In this document: positions 37,696-52,631 of the stretch, in pieces
Numbering within the stretch: position 1 is the stretch's first letter
How the letters are laid out: each line of letters opens with the position of its first letter
NCBI GenBank assembly: GCA_000320545.1
Contig: ADNK01003099.1
Location: forward strand, 22,121-86,120
Length of the DNA stretch: 64,000 bases
From: Bigelowiella natans CCMP2755
Lineage: Eukaryota; Protista; Cercozoa
Reading direction: 5' to 3'
Notes under the pieces: generated by a model
Told to the model about the DNA's origin: nothing
Seen by the model: the letters and a program-made list of their open reading frames with translations, nothing else
The model's database searches: none
Made by a program: the position numbers and the translations under genes

Positions 37696-39365
37696 ATGTC
37701 TGCCCCTAATTCGACCTCGTCTTCGGAATCTGATCGAGCGTGTAGCACGGTTGCTGCTTCGGTACCGCTGTCGGGATCGTGGAACTTCCCCGTGGGAAGC
37801 CTCGTATGGGTGTGTGACAAGGAGGAGAAACTCAAAGGAACGATTGTACCCAGCCCAGAGTCAGCGGGCGGTTCCAAGCTCCGTGTTGCAGTTGAGGTTG
37901 ACAAGAAATATCATTATGAGGTGCCTGAGGAGAATTTGGAAATGATTGAGAAGTCCGCCACTCAGGGAGACGACTTGGTAAGGACACGATCAAAGAAGCG
38001 TGTACGAAAGCACGCGAACGTCGAGATGGACCGCCTTCTCGCAATCCAGATCCAGTCATTCAAAAGCAGCTGTAACTCTATCCGGGCTTATAGCTCTGTT
38101 CGGGGCTGTCGATCTATGCGAAGAAGATTGCTTTCATCTCCATCCAGTCCCCGTTCTCCTTCCAACTATTCTGGATGCTACCCAGATGGCTTTTCCTCAT
38201 TGTGCGAACGGAATTTTACCGAAGATGAGCGCGATCGCGAGATGTTTGAAAGGGTCAAGACTGGTGCTTACCTACATTTGATAGCACACCCATACGACTA
38301 CTGCTGCGAAAAATACAATAGAAGAGGTTGATATCGTCCAGCATTAACATTGCAATGCATACTAACCAGCTACCTTTGTTGTTCGTTTCTCATCTGATTC
38401 ATGCTGTAGATTATAGGTGCCATCAGGCTGCAGGATGGCTCGCAGAGGTTATATGATTTTCGATTTTTTGTCGGAACCATCATTCCTCACGTTGTCATTT
38501 ATGCGGAGAGTGTATCAATACATATATACATATCTACGTAAGTATATTTTCTACCAGCAGCAAGTAATATTTGCCGTTGAGCCTATTTACAACACATAAT
38601 AGCTTACAAGTATAATTGGAAGGTGACGACTGATGGCAAGAGCTCCAAAAAAATCAGCCAAGTTTGGGGTCATCATAGTCGGGAAAGCTGCGATTCATCA
38701 TCCAAACATCCAGAACAAATGATTTTGTACGATGCTGCCAAGTATTTGATGAGTGACGCTTATATTCAGGTTAGATTTCAGTGGTAATTTCCTCCAAATA
38801 TGGCGTTTGAATAATGCAATTTGTAATACTTTAATGATCTATTGCTAATTCGGAAAAATCGTCAAGTGCGCAACAAAATAGGGATCCCACTCGCTATTTC
38901 CCCCCCTTACCACTCCTTCACTCTTTCTCTTTTCAGGATAAAAAAAGAATAAACGGGACATTGCGCTTGGAAATCGTCATGCTTGAATGCTTCATTTGCT
39001 CCAGTTGCTGCTGTGCAATCCGTCAATTCGCTCACATTTTCCGGGTGCCGGTGTGGGCAATGTGGGTATCTGTGAAGAAAAAGCATTCAAACAATCCGGT
39101 GTTTACTCACTATCATATCCGGGATGTTGTCAAAAAAAACATCAGAACCAAAAAAAGCGGAACGAGGGAGCTCGGGGTGTTATGGGCTCTGATTAACGAC
39201 CGAGATCCCTTTTCATCCGCAAACCAACGTCAAAAAGCAAAGTTTTTGGTAACCGAAGATCGGTCCTGTTGCTTGATGGACGGGTGCGATCTTGAATGTG
39301 ACGATCGATGCCACAAATTCCTTGATCTAATGCCATTTGCAAAAGACCATCACCATGGGTTGTAA
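37696..39365 (+). CDS. Hypothetical protein with Tudor/PWWP-like N-terminal barrel and Cys/His-rich C-terminus
   Basis: FPVGSLVWVCDKEEKLKGTIV..LRVAVEVD..YEVPEENLEMI; later exons with CFICSSCCC and CCLMDGCDLECDDRCH. Confidence 0.5.
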
Positions 39366-40067
39366 AACAGGGTCAGGGTCCTGTTGTTACATGTATAAGC
39401 TTCCAATAAGATAAATCTAGACATGCTGCAGTGTCGTGGAAGATGTAGCACTCTTATACTGGTTATAGCACTCAATAGCACGCCCCACACGTTGATTTAC
39501 TGTCACTCGGCTACATATGTCTACATTTAACTAAACATAGACACTATGCGCCCTAGTTTGTTATATGATCACACGCATGCTCATGCCACAACGCAAGTAC
39601 AGTGCATGGATGATAGACATGCAATACACTATATATATGATATGGCTTCATGCATATACTACATAAATTGTGCTGCGCTCTTTGGCAACACACAGGGCAG
39701 GCTCACTGTATCATGGTTCTATATGGTAATCGAGGCAAGGCGAGGGCACATGTTGTTATTCCTTGATCTACTGGCAGCTATGACTATCCACTAATAGCAT
39801 GGTGTGGTGCATGCCTTGTACACAGCGCAACAGCTACAGCTACGCATGTGCATGGACAACAATGCAAACGGCACATTGTACGTAAATGTCGCTACATAAT
39901 CTAACATCATGCGCCATGCAATGCATGCATGTGCTGCTACAACATATGCACCACGGTAGATACTACAATAGAACGAACATGTAGTTAATTCATTAGGTCT
40001 AAGTCATGACTGCTAGACGCAGCAAGCTAGAGGCATGCATGCAAGAATTGAAGCCGGAGTCACAAGC

Positions 40068-41777
40068 CTACAAAGCATTTGTTTGAGACTCGAAATACTC
40101 CTTTTCGGCTTCCTCAACTCCGCCACCTATGTCTCGCAAGCTCTGAATAAACAAATCGTGTTACACTTACAGGCTGGTGTTTGGAACAAGTGTGTGCACG
40201 TTGCACATTCTTGCGAGGTACCTCTTGAACTCTCTTATGCGCTTCTGCATCGATGCGTTTCTGTTTAGCATACATATGGTGAAAATTATGGTAGAGAAGG
40301 TAGAATCAGGGTTAATCAATGAGAGTTGTCATCAAAGGTGCAGGTTTTGTACAATGCTATTGTCACGCAGCATAGTTTGCCATTTATCCCATGGAAGGTA
40401 TAAGGACAAGGTTGTGCTATTCTTGTAAGTCAATGTAATCCTACACTATCATGGTGAGGCTGTTTCCCATCGCTGCTCACCATGCGCGTCTCGAGCAAAA
40501 CTTCCTCCACGAAATCAAAAACTAAATACTGGATAGATTAAAGGTAAAATCAGAATGAAGAACGCGGAGTGCAAGAGAGGCGACTACGAGGCAGAAGTGT
40601 TGTCTTACCTCATCATGCAAGAGAAAAGTGGTAATACATTGCACCCCACAGCTCACCAATTTACGGTATTGAGGAGTCGGCCATTAGCGTTTGTTTTATC
40701 GATGTTACCTTTGAAGCATACTCTTCGATCTCTTCCATGAGATTGATATTGGCCTGTGATGGGGTCGGAATAATATAAGTTTTGCTGCGAACTATAATAT
40801 TTATTATCATCCACTATTCTCATGACATCATGGACAACGTCGACTAGGATACGCTATCGTCGTTTCTACTACAACCGAACAACACCGTGCTTTGGTACCG
40901 TCGTGTGCAGAAATGAGTTCCGGTTCTCTTTATCCTCAAAGGTGAGCAAGAAGACGTATTCGAAGCCTTCAGCCAAAGTCATCTGGCGATCGATACGGAA
41001 CGGCGGCAGCAACGAATTCAGTTGAGAACAACTTGGAGAATATCAATGAGAGAATAGCAATTGAATGTATTTGTCATCGTTCGACTCAATCAAGGCAGCA
41101 CTGCCTTCTGATCTCCCGGCCGAAACGCTTTACGTGCGCCGTCACCCATCGGAAAGATCTAGTTCTTGCTATGCTATTATTACTGATTAGGTTCTTTTCA
41201 CCTCTCTGTGGTGATTAGCGATGACGCCATGCTCGTAGCCCCACACCTCCTAAATGCGAATACTGTGAGCCGCATTCAGTCAAATCGTTCATCTCGTCTC
41301 AGTACCTCTACGTTTTGAGCAACATCGTTGAATCTTACAGCGAATCCCATCCAATGAGAGAATTAAGAGTGAGAAAGTCAGTTGTTATTAGCAATACACG
41401 GTAGAGCAAGTAAAAATGAAAATACGATATGATAGGGATCATAACGTTATATGATTGTCATAATCATCATGATGATGACGACGATGATAATGACAATGTT
41501 GGCTGTGGATACCGTGAAAAGATGCGGAAAATAGGTGCATCAGCCTTGAAAGTAGCAATTCTAATGGTATTCAATTGATCGATTCAGGACATAGTATTGA
41601 ACGACGGAATAGGTCGAAAACTCTTGGCAATAATAGAAAGAAATAGCCCAGTTTAAGTCATTGCAGTAGCAAAAATTTGGATGCGGTTGGTTTATCCGCT
41701 CATATAATCAAACCTGTGCTTCTCAAAACACATAATCTATTATCCACGCATTCTACACGCTACAGCACAAGCACATA

Positions 41778-41815
<38 letters not shown>

Positions 41816-42190
41816 CACACACTACCACTCACTTACACACACGCACACACACATGCATGCAGCTTGTTCTTACATGTAATGCCGAATCACAGGGGCCATT
41901 CCGGTGTCGCCCACGTCTACAACCTTGCAAAGAATGGGAAGTGTAAAAAACACTGAAAACGTGTCTACGGAAAATATGACTGATATCACTAGGAACACAC
42001 ATACGATATTCGGGTAGTAGTCCAACACCAAGCGGCTTTGCAGATGTTGCTCCATCATCGTCTGAGCAGCGAACAAAAACAATCCAAACCTCAAAATTCC
42101 GCTATTTATTCGGCCAGCACTCCACCAGCACGCACAAGAAGAAAACGAAGAAAATCAATCAACTACTGCTACTGCTACTATCACTACTAT

Positions 42191-42222
<32 letters not shown>

Positions 42223-43687
42223 TTTTTCTCACCTTTACACGAAGCTTGTAATCCATATCTTTCCGTGTGTCATCTCGACCAAGCCTGCAATTAAAAAATT
42301 CATATTTTCTTTACTGTACACCCCCCCCCCCCCCCTTCCCCCCCCCCCCAATGATGACCCAAGAAATAATCCTAGATAATACCTTCCGTTAAAAGTCATC
42401 ACCCAAGCCCACGTGTATATTCCTGAAAGAAATTTGCTTCTCACCCCTCTGTTTGCTCCAGTCTGGCACACACGGTTCGACTTGCGGCGGTGGGGGCATT
42501 AAAAATCACAAAAACAAAATCCCCCCCCCCCCCCCTTCCCTTCCCCCTCCCTCCCCCACCTGCGAGAGAGGCTTGCTCCTTGCCATTAGCCAGTTTTCCT
42601 TGCTGAAATCCCCTAATAGACTATGAAGACGATTCGGCTGCTAAGTGATGCTGCTGCTGGTGAAATGGGAAATGCACCGATAAAAACGAGCCCCAGTTGC
42701 GAAACACAGCCCTCATTTCCTGCAGCTACGAAATGACTTTTGGAAGGACAATGCATGGATTTGGGAAACGGACATAACTACCATGCACTGCGGGGGAAGC
42801 GCTACATTGTACGTGGACATCACTTCCCTAGAAGACGTGTAAACATATACGTAGTGAAGATCTTTAGATATCCATTCGCGTGCTTCGCAGCGACGAGGCG
42901 TGGCTGCCGCACATTTGCGCAACGACGGGACCGGTCATCATGCATCATCATGCCTGGACAACAACAGAAAAGGACCTTTCTAACTGCTCCGGTTTGAACT
43001 GGGCCAAAACGAGCTTTCTCATTTCTCTCAGCTCGAAATCTAGGAAGCCGGGGAGGTAGGGAAAGTCGTCTTCGTCCAATCTGGAGGTAGGGATTCATCA
43101 TTGGGAGAGTGTGACTATGTGCCCTTCGTTTGCGGTCAGGGAAAACGCACTTGCATGGCAGATTTTGGGCTAATCGTGCACATGAAGAAGCGATGCATTC
43201 ATTGTCTTGCTCATTAATTATTTACTCTTCTCCATCAGCGCCTTCAGCCCTGTTGGCTTCGGGGTCCTTTGGCTTGTGTTCTACAATCACCTATACCACA
43301 GTGGAAGAAACAGCAGTACAGCACGCAGCATTAGCAACAAAGAGACTCGTACTATGGCGAGAGTTGCCATCCATTTTGTCCTCACCTCCTTGTAGCTTGA
43401 ATTGCCTTTGAATATTGAACAAAAGTAGGAGTAATGTCAGACGCATATAACCCATAATGATGATACATTTCTTGAGCTCAAAGCCTATACTGCAAATGCA
43501 CTAGACAATGGACTACGTCACGCCACCTATGTTTTCGATAGAGTAGCGAGAGGGCAAGTTCTTCTTCAAAGCACCAGATCGTGATTTGAGCTCTTCCTCC
43601 TAAGACCAGACGTGAAGAGAGGAGTATTAGAGGGGAGAAATGAATGCGAAGGAGGACAGGGGAGGGAGGCAAAGAGGAAAAAGGAAG

Positions 43688-43726
<39 letters not shown>

Positions 43727-43807
43727 CGCGCGCGTGAGAGAGAGACAGAGAGAGAAAGAGAGAGAGTACACACACCTACTCACACACACACACACACACA
43801 CACACAC

Positions 43808-43845
<38 letters not shown>

Positions 43846-44462
43846 GGAGATTTGATGAAGGAAAAGTTTCTCGAATCTGCATACAGACGTCGACTCAAAA
43901 TACTGTCGTAGTAGTGATAGTAGTAGTAGCCGCAGTAGCAGGAGGGAAAATAGTAAAGACATATCACAAGCTTGCCGCCCCCACCTCAAGCTTGAAATCG
44001 AACACATTTCCAGGCTCCGTCTACCAAATAGAAGAACATCGCCTTCAGATGGGAACATCGCTTCGAGAAAGTACATCGTTGTCCTCAATAGAATATTCCA
44101 ACTGCATGTTCTTTCATAAGATTCATTGCTCACCTTGATCGTTACCACCCGTTTGCCTGCTCACCAAACAGGGAGAAACAACAGGATTTAGACGAAAGTA
44201 CAGGCTTACAAACACACGCCGCAGAAGCCTCATACACACACAGAACACAAATATATGAACACGAAAATGCTTTTCTTCGTCGGCCTCTCTTGCTCCTGAA
44301 CGACCTTCATCGTCATAAATCGCAAGTCGGGAGCCCTCAACCACTGTTAAAAAATAAAGGTGAAATTCGTCCCGTAAATGACTCCTATAGGCTTAATATG
44401 AGAACAATTTGTCGCATGCATTTCGTGCAATGTATAAGATCGCCCCGCCCCACAAATCTACA

Positions 44463-44512
<50 letters not shown>

Positions 44513-44861
44513 TTGATCCTCTTCGGTTTGTCCATTTAATGTAGTAATGTCTATGATTAAGTATTACCGTAAGAGTGATAGTCGTACGCATGCTGCCTCA
44601 TGCTCACTCGTTGCTGAAGATGAATATATTTAGATGAAGAGAATGATTTAGCTCACGCACGCACACACACACACACACACACACAAGCTACTATACGGAT
44701 ACGCTGAGCGCGTGCGTGCATTTGTAGTGTGCATTCACGCAGCAACTGCCAAGTAGTGCTGGTAGTAGTCTCTTATACCCCTGGTACAAGAAATCGTTCC
44801 GAGACCCTAGCTTTGCTGTCTTCATGAACCTAACGATGCAGATAGTAGTAGTAGCAGCAGC

Positions 44862-44896
<35 letters not shown>

Positions 44897-45466
44897 CACC
44901 AACGACAACAGTGAGTGAGAGGGTGAGTGAGCAGCCCGCTGAACAGCGTTTGCGTCACCATTTGCGGGAAACCGATTCGAACGACTTTCCATTTACATCT
45001 ACGAGGAGCTCTGCGTGTTTGAATGTTAATACTGCCCCTGCTCTTTTCTTATTTGGGGCGTTGGAAATCCAACCTGCTTTGTCCCGACGTGCCAGGGGTA
45101 CCTCTATCAGCAGGTAGAGAGGAGTAAGATGTAACATGCGAGCGTTGGGGGTGAGAAGCACGATGCGGGTTCGTTGGCTAAAGGCAAAATTTGGGTGTTT
45201 GTCGAATGTAGTTCCTCTTTGAACATTATCTCTGAGTTATCCCCCACCCTCCAACGTGCACACCATTGCACTAATCTTCGCTATCGTTGGCTCTATATAG
45301 TCTCACAGTCAGTCGCCCCTCTCCTTTTTATGCACGATGATTCGGTGACTTTCTACCGGAGGAGGACGCAATGGTTGTGATGTTATCGTCGTGGAAGAGC
45401 CGTCCTCATCACCTTCACCTCCATTTTCCGTCTGAAGGGAGACTTGTCCCTAACGAAATATGAGCA

Positions 45467-45507
<41 letters not shown>

Positions 45508-45886
45508 TTGTGTTTGTGTTTGTGATAAAGGGGGGGGGGAAGGGAGTCGTGGGATGGAAATGAGAGGTGAGGAGGAGCGATCTTTTACATCATTTATCTT
45601 CTTCCACTACTACATTCCCCTGTCTCAAAGATCTCAAAAGATATGTTTTTCCTGACACGAATGATGTCCGCTTACAAATCTAATACAGATACAGGCATGC
45701 CTTCCAAGGTTCCCCAACGCAGTTTAAGTAAATTGATTTAATATGTAGATATATGCACTCTTGTAGGTGTTATAGTGTTTATAATTACCTTCTCATTCAT
45801 ATCTTTCCCATCTCCCACACCGCCCGTGTATTTGCATTCCTAACACCGAGGACAACTCAAAATTAATTTTCTTTGTGTGTTTACTT

Positions 45887-45929
<43 letters not shown>

Positions 45930-46390
45930 TTGCACGAACACGCGCCCATATGGTATGTCATATTATTCGAGCTACATGCCAAGGATAAGTCCTAAAAATT
46001 ACATGTGTGCCGTCGTCTTTCACCACGCACGTCTGATGTAGATGGGAAACAAAGAACCGAGAAAAAAGTGGTTTTATGCCTAAGGCAGGGAAGACAGATC
46101 TCCAGTCTCCACGTGGGCTAGGGAGAAGAGAATAGATTCTATAATTTTCGTGACCCGATTCAACTTCCTAGCATTTCTATCCAAAGCATGCAGCACTCCA
46201 CATGCTTACCTCTCCCATAGGAACAACAATATTTTCAATGTCCGAGTTCGGTTTGGATGTTGCTGCTGCTGCCCCGTCCTCTGGCATTGCTGTTTTCCCA
46301 TCATCGCCATTTGCTTGCGCGCAGACATGCCCGATGCACAGAAGGGTGAGGCAAAATCCAAACCTGGGGTAGCATGTATCGAGCTAAGCT
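40068..46390 (-). CDS. Long intron-rich protein with C-terminal stress-responsive A/B barrel (Dabb)-like domain
   Basis: Terminal exons VIRHY..IATFKADAP..EVWGYEHG..AEGFEYVFLLTFEDKENRNSFLH..YLVFDF match the Dabb pattern; ends ESQTNAL*. Upstream exons lie between microsatellite introns; possible signal peptide near 46.3 kb. Confidence 0.5.
43690..43842. repeat. Compound intronic microsatellite (TG)n(CG)n(GA)n(CA)n(TA)n, representative of many in the window
   Basis: Directly visible; similar compounds at 13221-13272, 16024-16093, 34330-34393, 50493-50562 and 52394-52490. Confidence 0.95.
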
Positions 46391-47022
46391 TCTAAGGTAA
46401 TGATGATTTACTCGCATTCTATGCTAAAAGGTGCGAGCTTGCGAAGGCCGCACCTTGAGAAATACATCTTCTGCAGAATCGAGTCGGGTCCTTGAAATTT
46501 TTGTTTGATTTTCTAAGGTGTAAATCTAGTTAACAAGCAAGGTCGAAGCAAAGACTTTTGGTAGAAGTGTTACAGCGACATGGATCTCAGAGCGCTGACG
46601 TTTGCAACTCACTGTTTCACTCATTCTCATTGGTCGATATTTTATCACTACGTGACTTGGTTGTGCGTGCTCCTTACTTTGATTTCGAAGGAAGTCCACC
46701 CCTCAAAACAGCAGCCAAAAAGCTACGAGGAGAGAAAGTGTGGGATGCAACGCTGATCGGCTGTTGAGTTTATTCCCGAAAGCTGACACACGACGTGCAT
46801 GCCGTTACAAGCCAGCGAGATGCAGGCCATTTCCACTTTGCGTCTGAAGAAAAAGAAAGACTTTGCTAGTTTGTCTAGTTTGTTAGATACCGGTACTGGT
46901 GTAAGGATAACAATCTAGAGTTTGGTCGTATCTAAAAAATGAAGGCGTAATTGTGATAAACTGTTGGTGAGAAACCCACAATAATTTTACTATGCGACAA
47001 ATACACGGCCCTGTCGTAAGCG

Positions 47023-49220
47023 ATGGAAATGAAAGCCGAAGCCTCTTCCGAAAGTCATTCTCCTCCTGCAATGAATTCCGCGAAGGTTGAGCGCACGAGC
47101 TTCGCTTCCTAATACGATCCGTGTACTGTAATAGTTTGACTGCATGGGTAGATAGCTCTGTTCTTTCAAATGATAATGACTACGATGAAAATGGTGACGG
47201 CAGAGCGAAGAAAAGAAAGAAGAGGAAGGGAAAAAGGACGGAAAAGGCAGCGAGAAGGCACAACACGGGGAGGAGGCAAAAGCCAATGAGGAGAAGATAC
47301 TTATAGTCAAGCTACAATCTGATAAGTCGGAATAGATAAGATTTTCTTGAATTCATGCTAAGTTGCACAACGAAAAATGGGGAAGTGCCCAAAACGACGG
47401 CAAGATAAAATGATAGAACATGTGCGATGCAAAATCAGCGAATACACGATTGGACGAAGCCGAAAGAATAGGATTCGAGTTAAAGGTTGCCGTAAGAATG
47501 AAATGAGCATAGATGGCAGGCCGCCCTGTCCGACTTCTTTGTGAATGTCTGTTGTCTTTATGCAGGAGACAAGAAAGTTTCTGGTGTGCATGCGAAGATC
47601 TCAGTAGAGCGTATGTATTAATTGCTATATTGCGTTCTTATATTGATAACACAAATACTGATTCTTACTACTATTATTATTACTACTACTACTGCTACTA
47701 ATTCTACTACCAACTACAATTACTGTTATCGCCACCATTGTCACAACTTTAGCATTGCCGTTATGATTGTACTCATCATTCCTAAAATATCAAATAGGGT
47801 TCTTGACCGACGAGGGTTCATCGCATGGCACACTGGTACTAGTGAGAAGATGATGGAATATATGACACTGCAGGAAGAGCAGTTTGTTCACATCCTTGCT
47901 GACTGAATATGCCTTACTTAACACACCGCTGCCCCAGGTTAATGGAGAAGCGGTGGACCCGCTTAGCTCTATGGGAGTAGAGCTTGCGTCTGGAGATGTT
48001 GTTCAGGTGAGAACGGGTAGAGAAGTTGAGAGAAGGTATATAGGTGGAGAGTGAGAAAGATATGGGGGGGTGGGGGCAAGGAGAGAAGTGCTACGGCGAG
48101 CAACACAAGTGTGTCTAGCTTCAACCATGTCACTGTCTCAGCGAAATTGTGAGCTCCGAAAATAACCCATCGACGCATGTCTTTCGTACAACAACATCCT
48201 TACTCTGCTGAGCAAAGATGATGAGGCATGCCTGCTCTCTTTTAGGTCGGAACAACAAAGCTGAGAATCCTGTTTGATGTTGGCGGCGGTGGTAGTGATG
48301 CCGATTCTAAGCTTGAAAAGAAATCCCAAAATCAAGTAGCATCCGAAGACGCAATCGACAAGGATGATATTCGAGAGAAAGAGGGGACTTCCGGTAAGGA
48401 AGAAAAAGAACAAACTCAAAGTAGAAGAGAACCCGACGACAAAGATGTAGCAGCAGAGCACATCTCTCCTGAAGTAGAAGGACAAGATGGTCTAGTAGAA
48501 GACGCAGAGGAGACGGAGGGAAAAGAAGAAGGAAAAGATGAGCAAGTGCACGAAAAATCAAGCGTGGAAGAAGAACAAAACGCAGCTGACGAAACGTCGG
48601 CGACAGCTACTACCGATAAGTCTGAACCCTCACGGGATAATGATGACAAGGAGGAGGAAGGAGAAGGGGAATGCAAGAATGAAGATGACAGCAGCAATAA
48701 GAATAACGAAGAGAAGGAGAAAAGTGTCCAGGATAACAGTAAGAAAACGGCGGTGGCACCAGCATCAGTTACACCACAGAGTTGGGCGGATGATGAAGTT
48801 CCGGTCAAAGACCCTCTTGATGATGAGGAGGCAGAGCCAGAAATGAGCAAAGAAGAGAGGATGAGGATATTTGGCCCGAGCGAGAGGAGAAGGCTCGATT
48901 GGCAAAGAGCAAAGGTTGCACCTGGCCTGAGAGCGCCGGACAGAGACAGGAAAACGATGAATCGGGTATGTGGATGTCCGTCGTCTATGTGTATAAACAT
49001 TGTCAATAAGGCAGTGCAGTACTTGTCGTTTGATTGGCACATTATTGCTTCTTCCTCTCTGCATATTCTTCATCGATTTTAAAGCTTTTACTTGCTCCTA
49101 TGGAGATTCAATCCTCGAACTAACATGCTTCTTCTACCCAAGGTTTTATGCCATGCTATGGGGGTCCGTCGCCGAGTTCCAAAGTCAAATGACACTCCCG
49201 TCAAGGACGCTTGGGATTGA
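47023..49220 (+). CDS. FHA-domain protein with acidic low-complexity C-terminal half
   Basis: Spliced FHA motifs EYTIGRSRKNRIRVK/GDKKVSGVHAKI../FLTDEGSSHGTL/VNGE..ELASGDVVQ/VGTTKL; basic NLS-like AKKRKKRK. Confidence 0.85.
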
Positions 49221-49751
49221 ACACATGCGATGGCACTTCGATGCAGCACAATATGTAGAAAAATTTAAGCATCGATGTGATGATCCAAGTTTTATTTTCT
49301 TCATTTTCTGAATCACAAAGCGCGACGTGCGCTCGGCACGATGTTTCTGGCCAAGCCCGAGTCGAACCAATGATAAAGATGTGGTGATGCAAGTGTTGCA
49401 CACGGCCTCTATCACTGCACGCGCTTCAGTGCAACTCTCGCTCTCAAGCGTGATTGACATAGGCTAACGACTCCAGAATGTGCTAGTGTGCGCTAAAATT
49501 TCTTTGGTGGTGCTCCATCGCAGATGATTTAGACAATCCGCAACATGCATGCGCAGGCTGATAAGTCAAATGCAGTTTTTGCATTTTGCGGTTGATTTGC
49601 ACGTCGATCAGACATCTTCCATATATAATAAGATGCTCTAGTTCTAAGAACATTTCGGTAGAGTTGCCAGCAGATCACGTACGATACGCATGCTAGCATG
49701 CATTTATAGACGCGGCAAAGTTACCATGTGCTCGGCAAAGCCAGAAATGGA

Positions 49752-49848
49752 CAATAGACACAGCAATAGGATACATGTATTATGTATATCATAATACATT
49801 GCGTGTCTATCATGTCCAGATGATTTCATGATAGACACGCTATGTATA
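49752..49848. repeat. Three copies of the ATAGACA-GCAAT motif, two forming a 21-bp-stem hairpin
   Basis: ATACATTGCGTGTCTATCATG ... CATGATAGACACGCTATGTAT (1 mismatch), plus CAATAGACACAGCAATA at 49752. Confidence 0.75.
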
Positions 49849-50088
49849 TCTAGTGTGTGACCCCACGCTAGCGCGACTACACGACCACCACATAGGATGT
49901 TACGACGTACGGCATAGCATGTTGCATCATGCACTGTCGGGCCATGTCGTACACGTTTCGCCATGCATCTAGTGCTAGAGTAGCAAAGCCGTCTCGCGCT
50001 TGTGTTGCATACTGTGCCTGTATGATGTCAATCAATGCCTGACCAAGACTGTGCCTCCATTGCTAGATTGTTACCTCAATTTGATTGC

Positions 50089-50489
50089 TCATGCAGCTTC
50101 CTTAATCTCGCCATCACTACCACCATTTTTTTGTGAATTTGTTGTTGTCGTCGATGTCTGGGATTTCTCGTCATTGCTGCCTTTAATTTTTTCATTGATT
50201 TTTTCGGCCTCTTTTGCATATTTACTTTCCTGAACCATTTTGTAGTTGATCACACGATCGCGCTGGCTGGGCAATGAACCTAACAAGTAATTAGCCTGAG
50301 GATTCTTGCAGTTTCGATTTCGAGCCAATAAGGGAGACATTGTGAGTCGTCTCGAGAAGGTCATGGAAATGGGAAGTGGGGATGATAGATCATGTACCTG
50401 TTGGACTGCCATGGTTAAGGTACTTTCCATCATCATCCACCTGATATTAGTTATTACGATGTCTCTTTTTCTCCCTCCCCCCCCCCCCC

Positions 50490-50566
<77 letters not shown>

Positions 50567-52380
50567 TGTGCTTACATCAAGCCCCCCTTTGGTATGGACG
50601 ACAAATTAGTGAAAACACAAGCTCCAAAGCTATCGCCATCTACAGTAGGGTACTTACTAGGACGAAGGTGTCGAAGTTTGGGGGACACCAGACGAGCTTG
50701 AAGGCGATACGGGCTTTGAACTTTTGAAATTAAATTTTGCAATGATAAATATGTGTACATGTCTGGATATGCCTTATACATGATCCAAAAAATAATAATT
50801 ACACGTGTGTGTGCGTGCGCACACGCGCACACACACACACACACATACACAGATGTAAGCATAGGCTAGTACTAGTAGGGCATCATGTCACGTTCATTGA
50901 AGGCTAAAGCATCCATGGCATTTTACCAATCTGCTTTTCTGTACGTCTACCAATCACACCACCAGCTTATGAACAGCAGCTACAGCTACGCATTTGTACC
51001 TGAACGTGCGCGACATCCTGCGGGGGATCTTTGTTGCACCCTACAACACGATTTATCGACCTCATTGTCCGCGAGATGGTTTGCAGCTTTTGTCTTTATT
51101 AAGAATCAATCCCACGTGGCTATGCACGTAAAGCCCCCACCACCTCCTTCCCTTTCTACTTGTACGTACCCGTTCTTACTACACGTGTGCGCGTTTGTTG
51201 GTTGTATACTACCCATCATGCATGTGGACCAGGTGCCTCCGGGCCCAAGTTCTTTTATGCTATAGAAGGAAATCATAAACAAAAGAAAATGTACGATGCA
51301 TCATCATGTGAGTGCGTCGGGGGAGATTCGGGGGGGTAGTGTGCGTGAGGAGAGAGATAGCCGATTCCATTATGCCAATTAGTTTCGGATTAATTCGTGC
51401 GCTACGCTCTTGCTGGTATTTGCGAGCGAGAGAGCGACCTTGCTATCTGAATTCCAGGCCCCAACTGATTGCCCATGGCAATCCCCTGGACTTGTCCTTC
51501 GTTTTTGTTGTACGCCACTGGTTCAAACAAACGACATGAGGAGAATGGAGGGGGGGGGGGGGGGGGGGGGGAGGAACGAATCACCATTGCGGGGGGAACG
51601 AATCACCATTAAAAGTCGATAACAGCTGCCTCGTTGTCTGCGCACACACATCGAATTGCTACCATTGCTACTGCTACTACTAGTACTGCTACTGCTATTT
51701 CTACTGCTACCCTTGCCTAGCATCACACATGCGTCGCAGTGGTTCCAATCATTGAAACTATGCCCTGTATAGCCTATTTTTACAAATAAATAGTGATTGA
51801 ATTTATCAAAGTAATTTGTTGCTACATGACCACAATGTTCCTCCTCCTCCTCCTCCTCCTCTTCCTCTCTCTCTTTCTCCCCTCCCCATTCCCCTGTCTT
51901 CATAGAAGCACACAAAGAAAGGGAGGAGCGAAACTTACCCTTAATTAAAATAAAAAGATATTGCATGCAAGCATCATTCATTGCCTAGTATGTATGTAAT
52001 ATTGTCACCGTATCCCGGCGCTGCATTTGTGATATCCTTTAGTCCTGCTGCCCATAGGATATGTCTCCGAACCTTTTATTCAAGAGTCAATCAGTACTCA
52101 TTCAATGCAAAGAAAGGGGTTCTTGGTTCCTCTACTCTCACCTCATCCCAACTTCCATTGAGCTGATCCTTGGTTAGGCTCTTTGCCCTACGATAATGGC
52201 ATAATCAATGCTATCACAATTGCCTCTCTCTCTCTCTCTGTGGATGGGTGCGGTGTTAATGTGTACTAAATGTATGTGTACACAAACAGGGAGGATTGTA
52301 TTTTTAAGGAAAACTGAGTATACACCTTTGCATCGCAGACTTCATCCTCTTAACTATTGCGCCCAAAAAACGCACGTAGA
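50089..52380 (-). CDS. Conserved-looking hypothetical protein, spliced
   Basis: Coherent exons: YTGHSFNDWNHCD../VQGIAMGNQLGPGIQIA/SIKELGPGGTWSTCMM/GCNKDPPQDVAHVQ/FQKFKARIAFKLVWCPPNFDTFVL/VDDDGKYLNHGSPT/GSLPSQRDRVINYKMVQESKYA. Function unknown. Confidence 0.7.
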
Positions 52381-52390
52381 TTGAATTTTG

Positions 52391-52464
<74 letters not shown>

Positions 52465-52631
52465 TTATTTGTGTGCGTGTGTGTGTGTGTATGAATGCTT
52501 TTACGGATGTGTGATCTCACTCTCTCCATAAATCACATGTCTTATATGCTATATTTATACGTTTGATCTGTCACGCATCAGCTTATGCGTAGATTATTAG
52601 TTAGAAGAACATTAACATGATAATGTGAACA

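Noticed and set aside
43478-44148. Short ORFs with CVCVCV / YIYIYI / THTHTH runs throughout the window
   Set aside because: Translations of intronic microsatellites.
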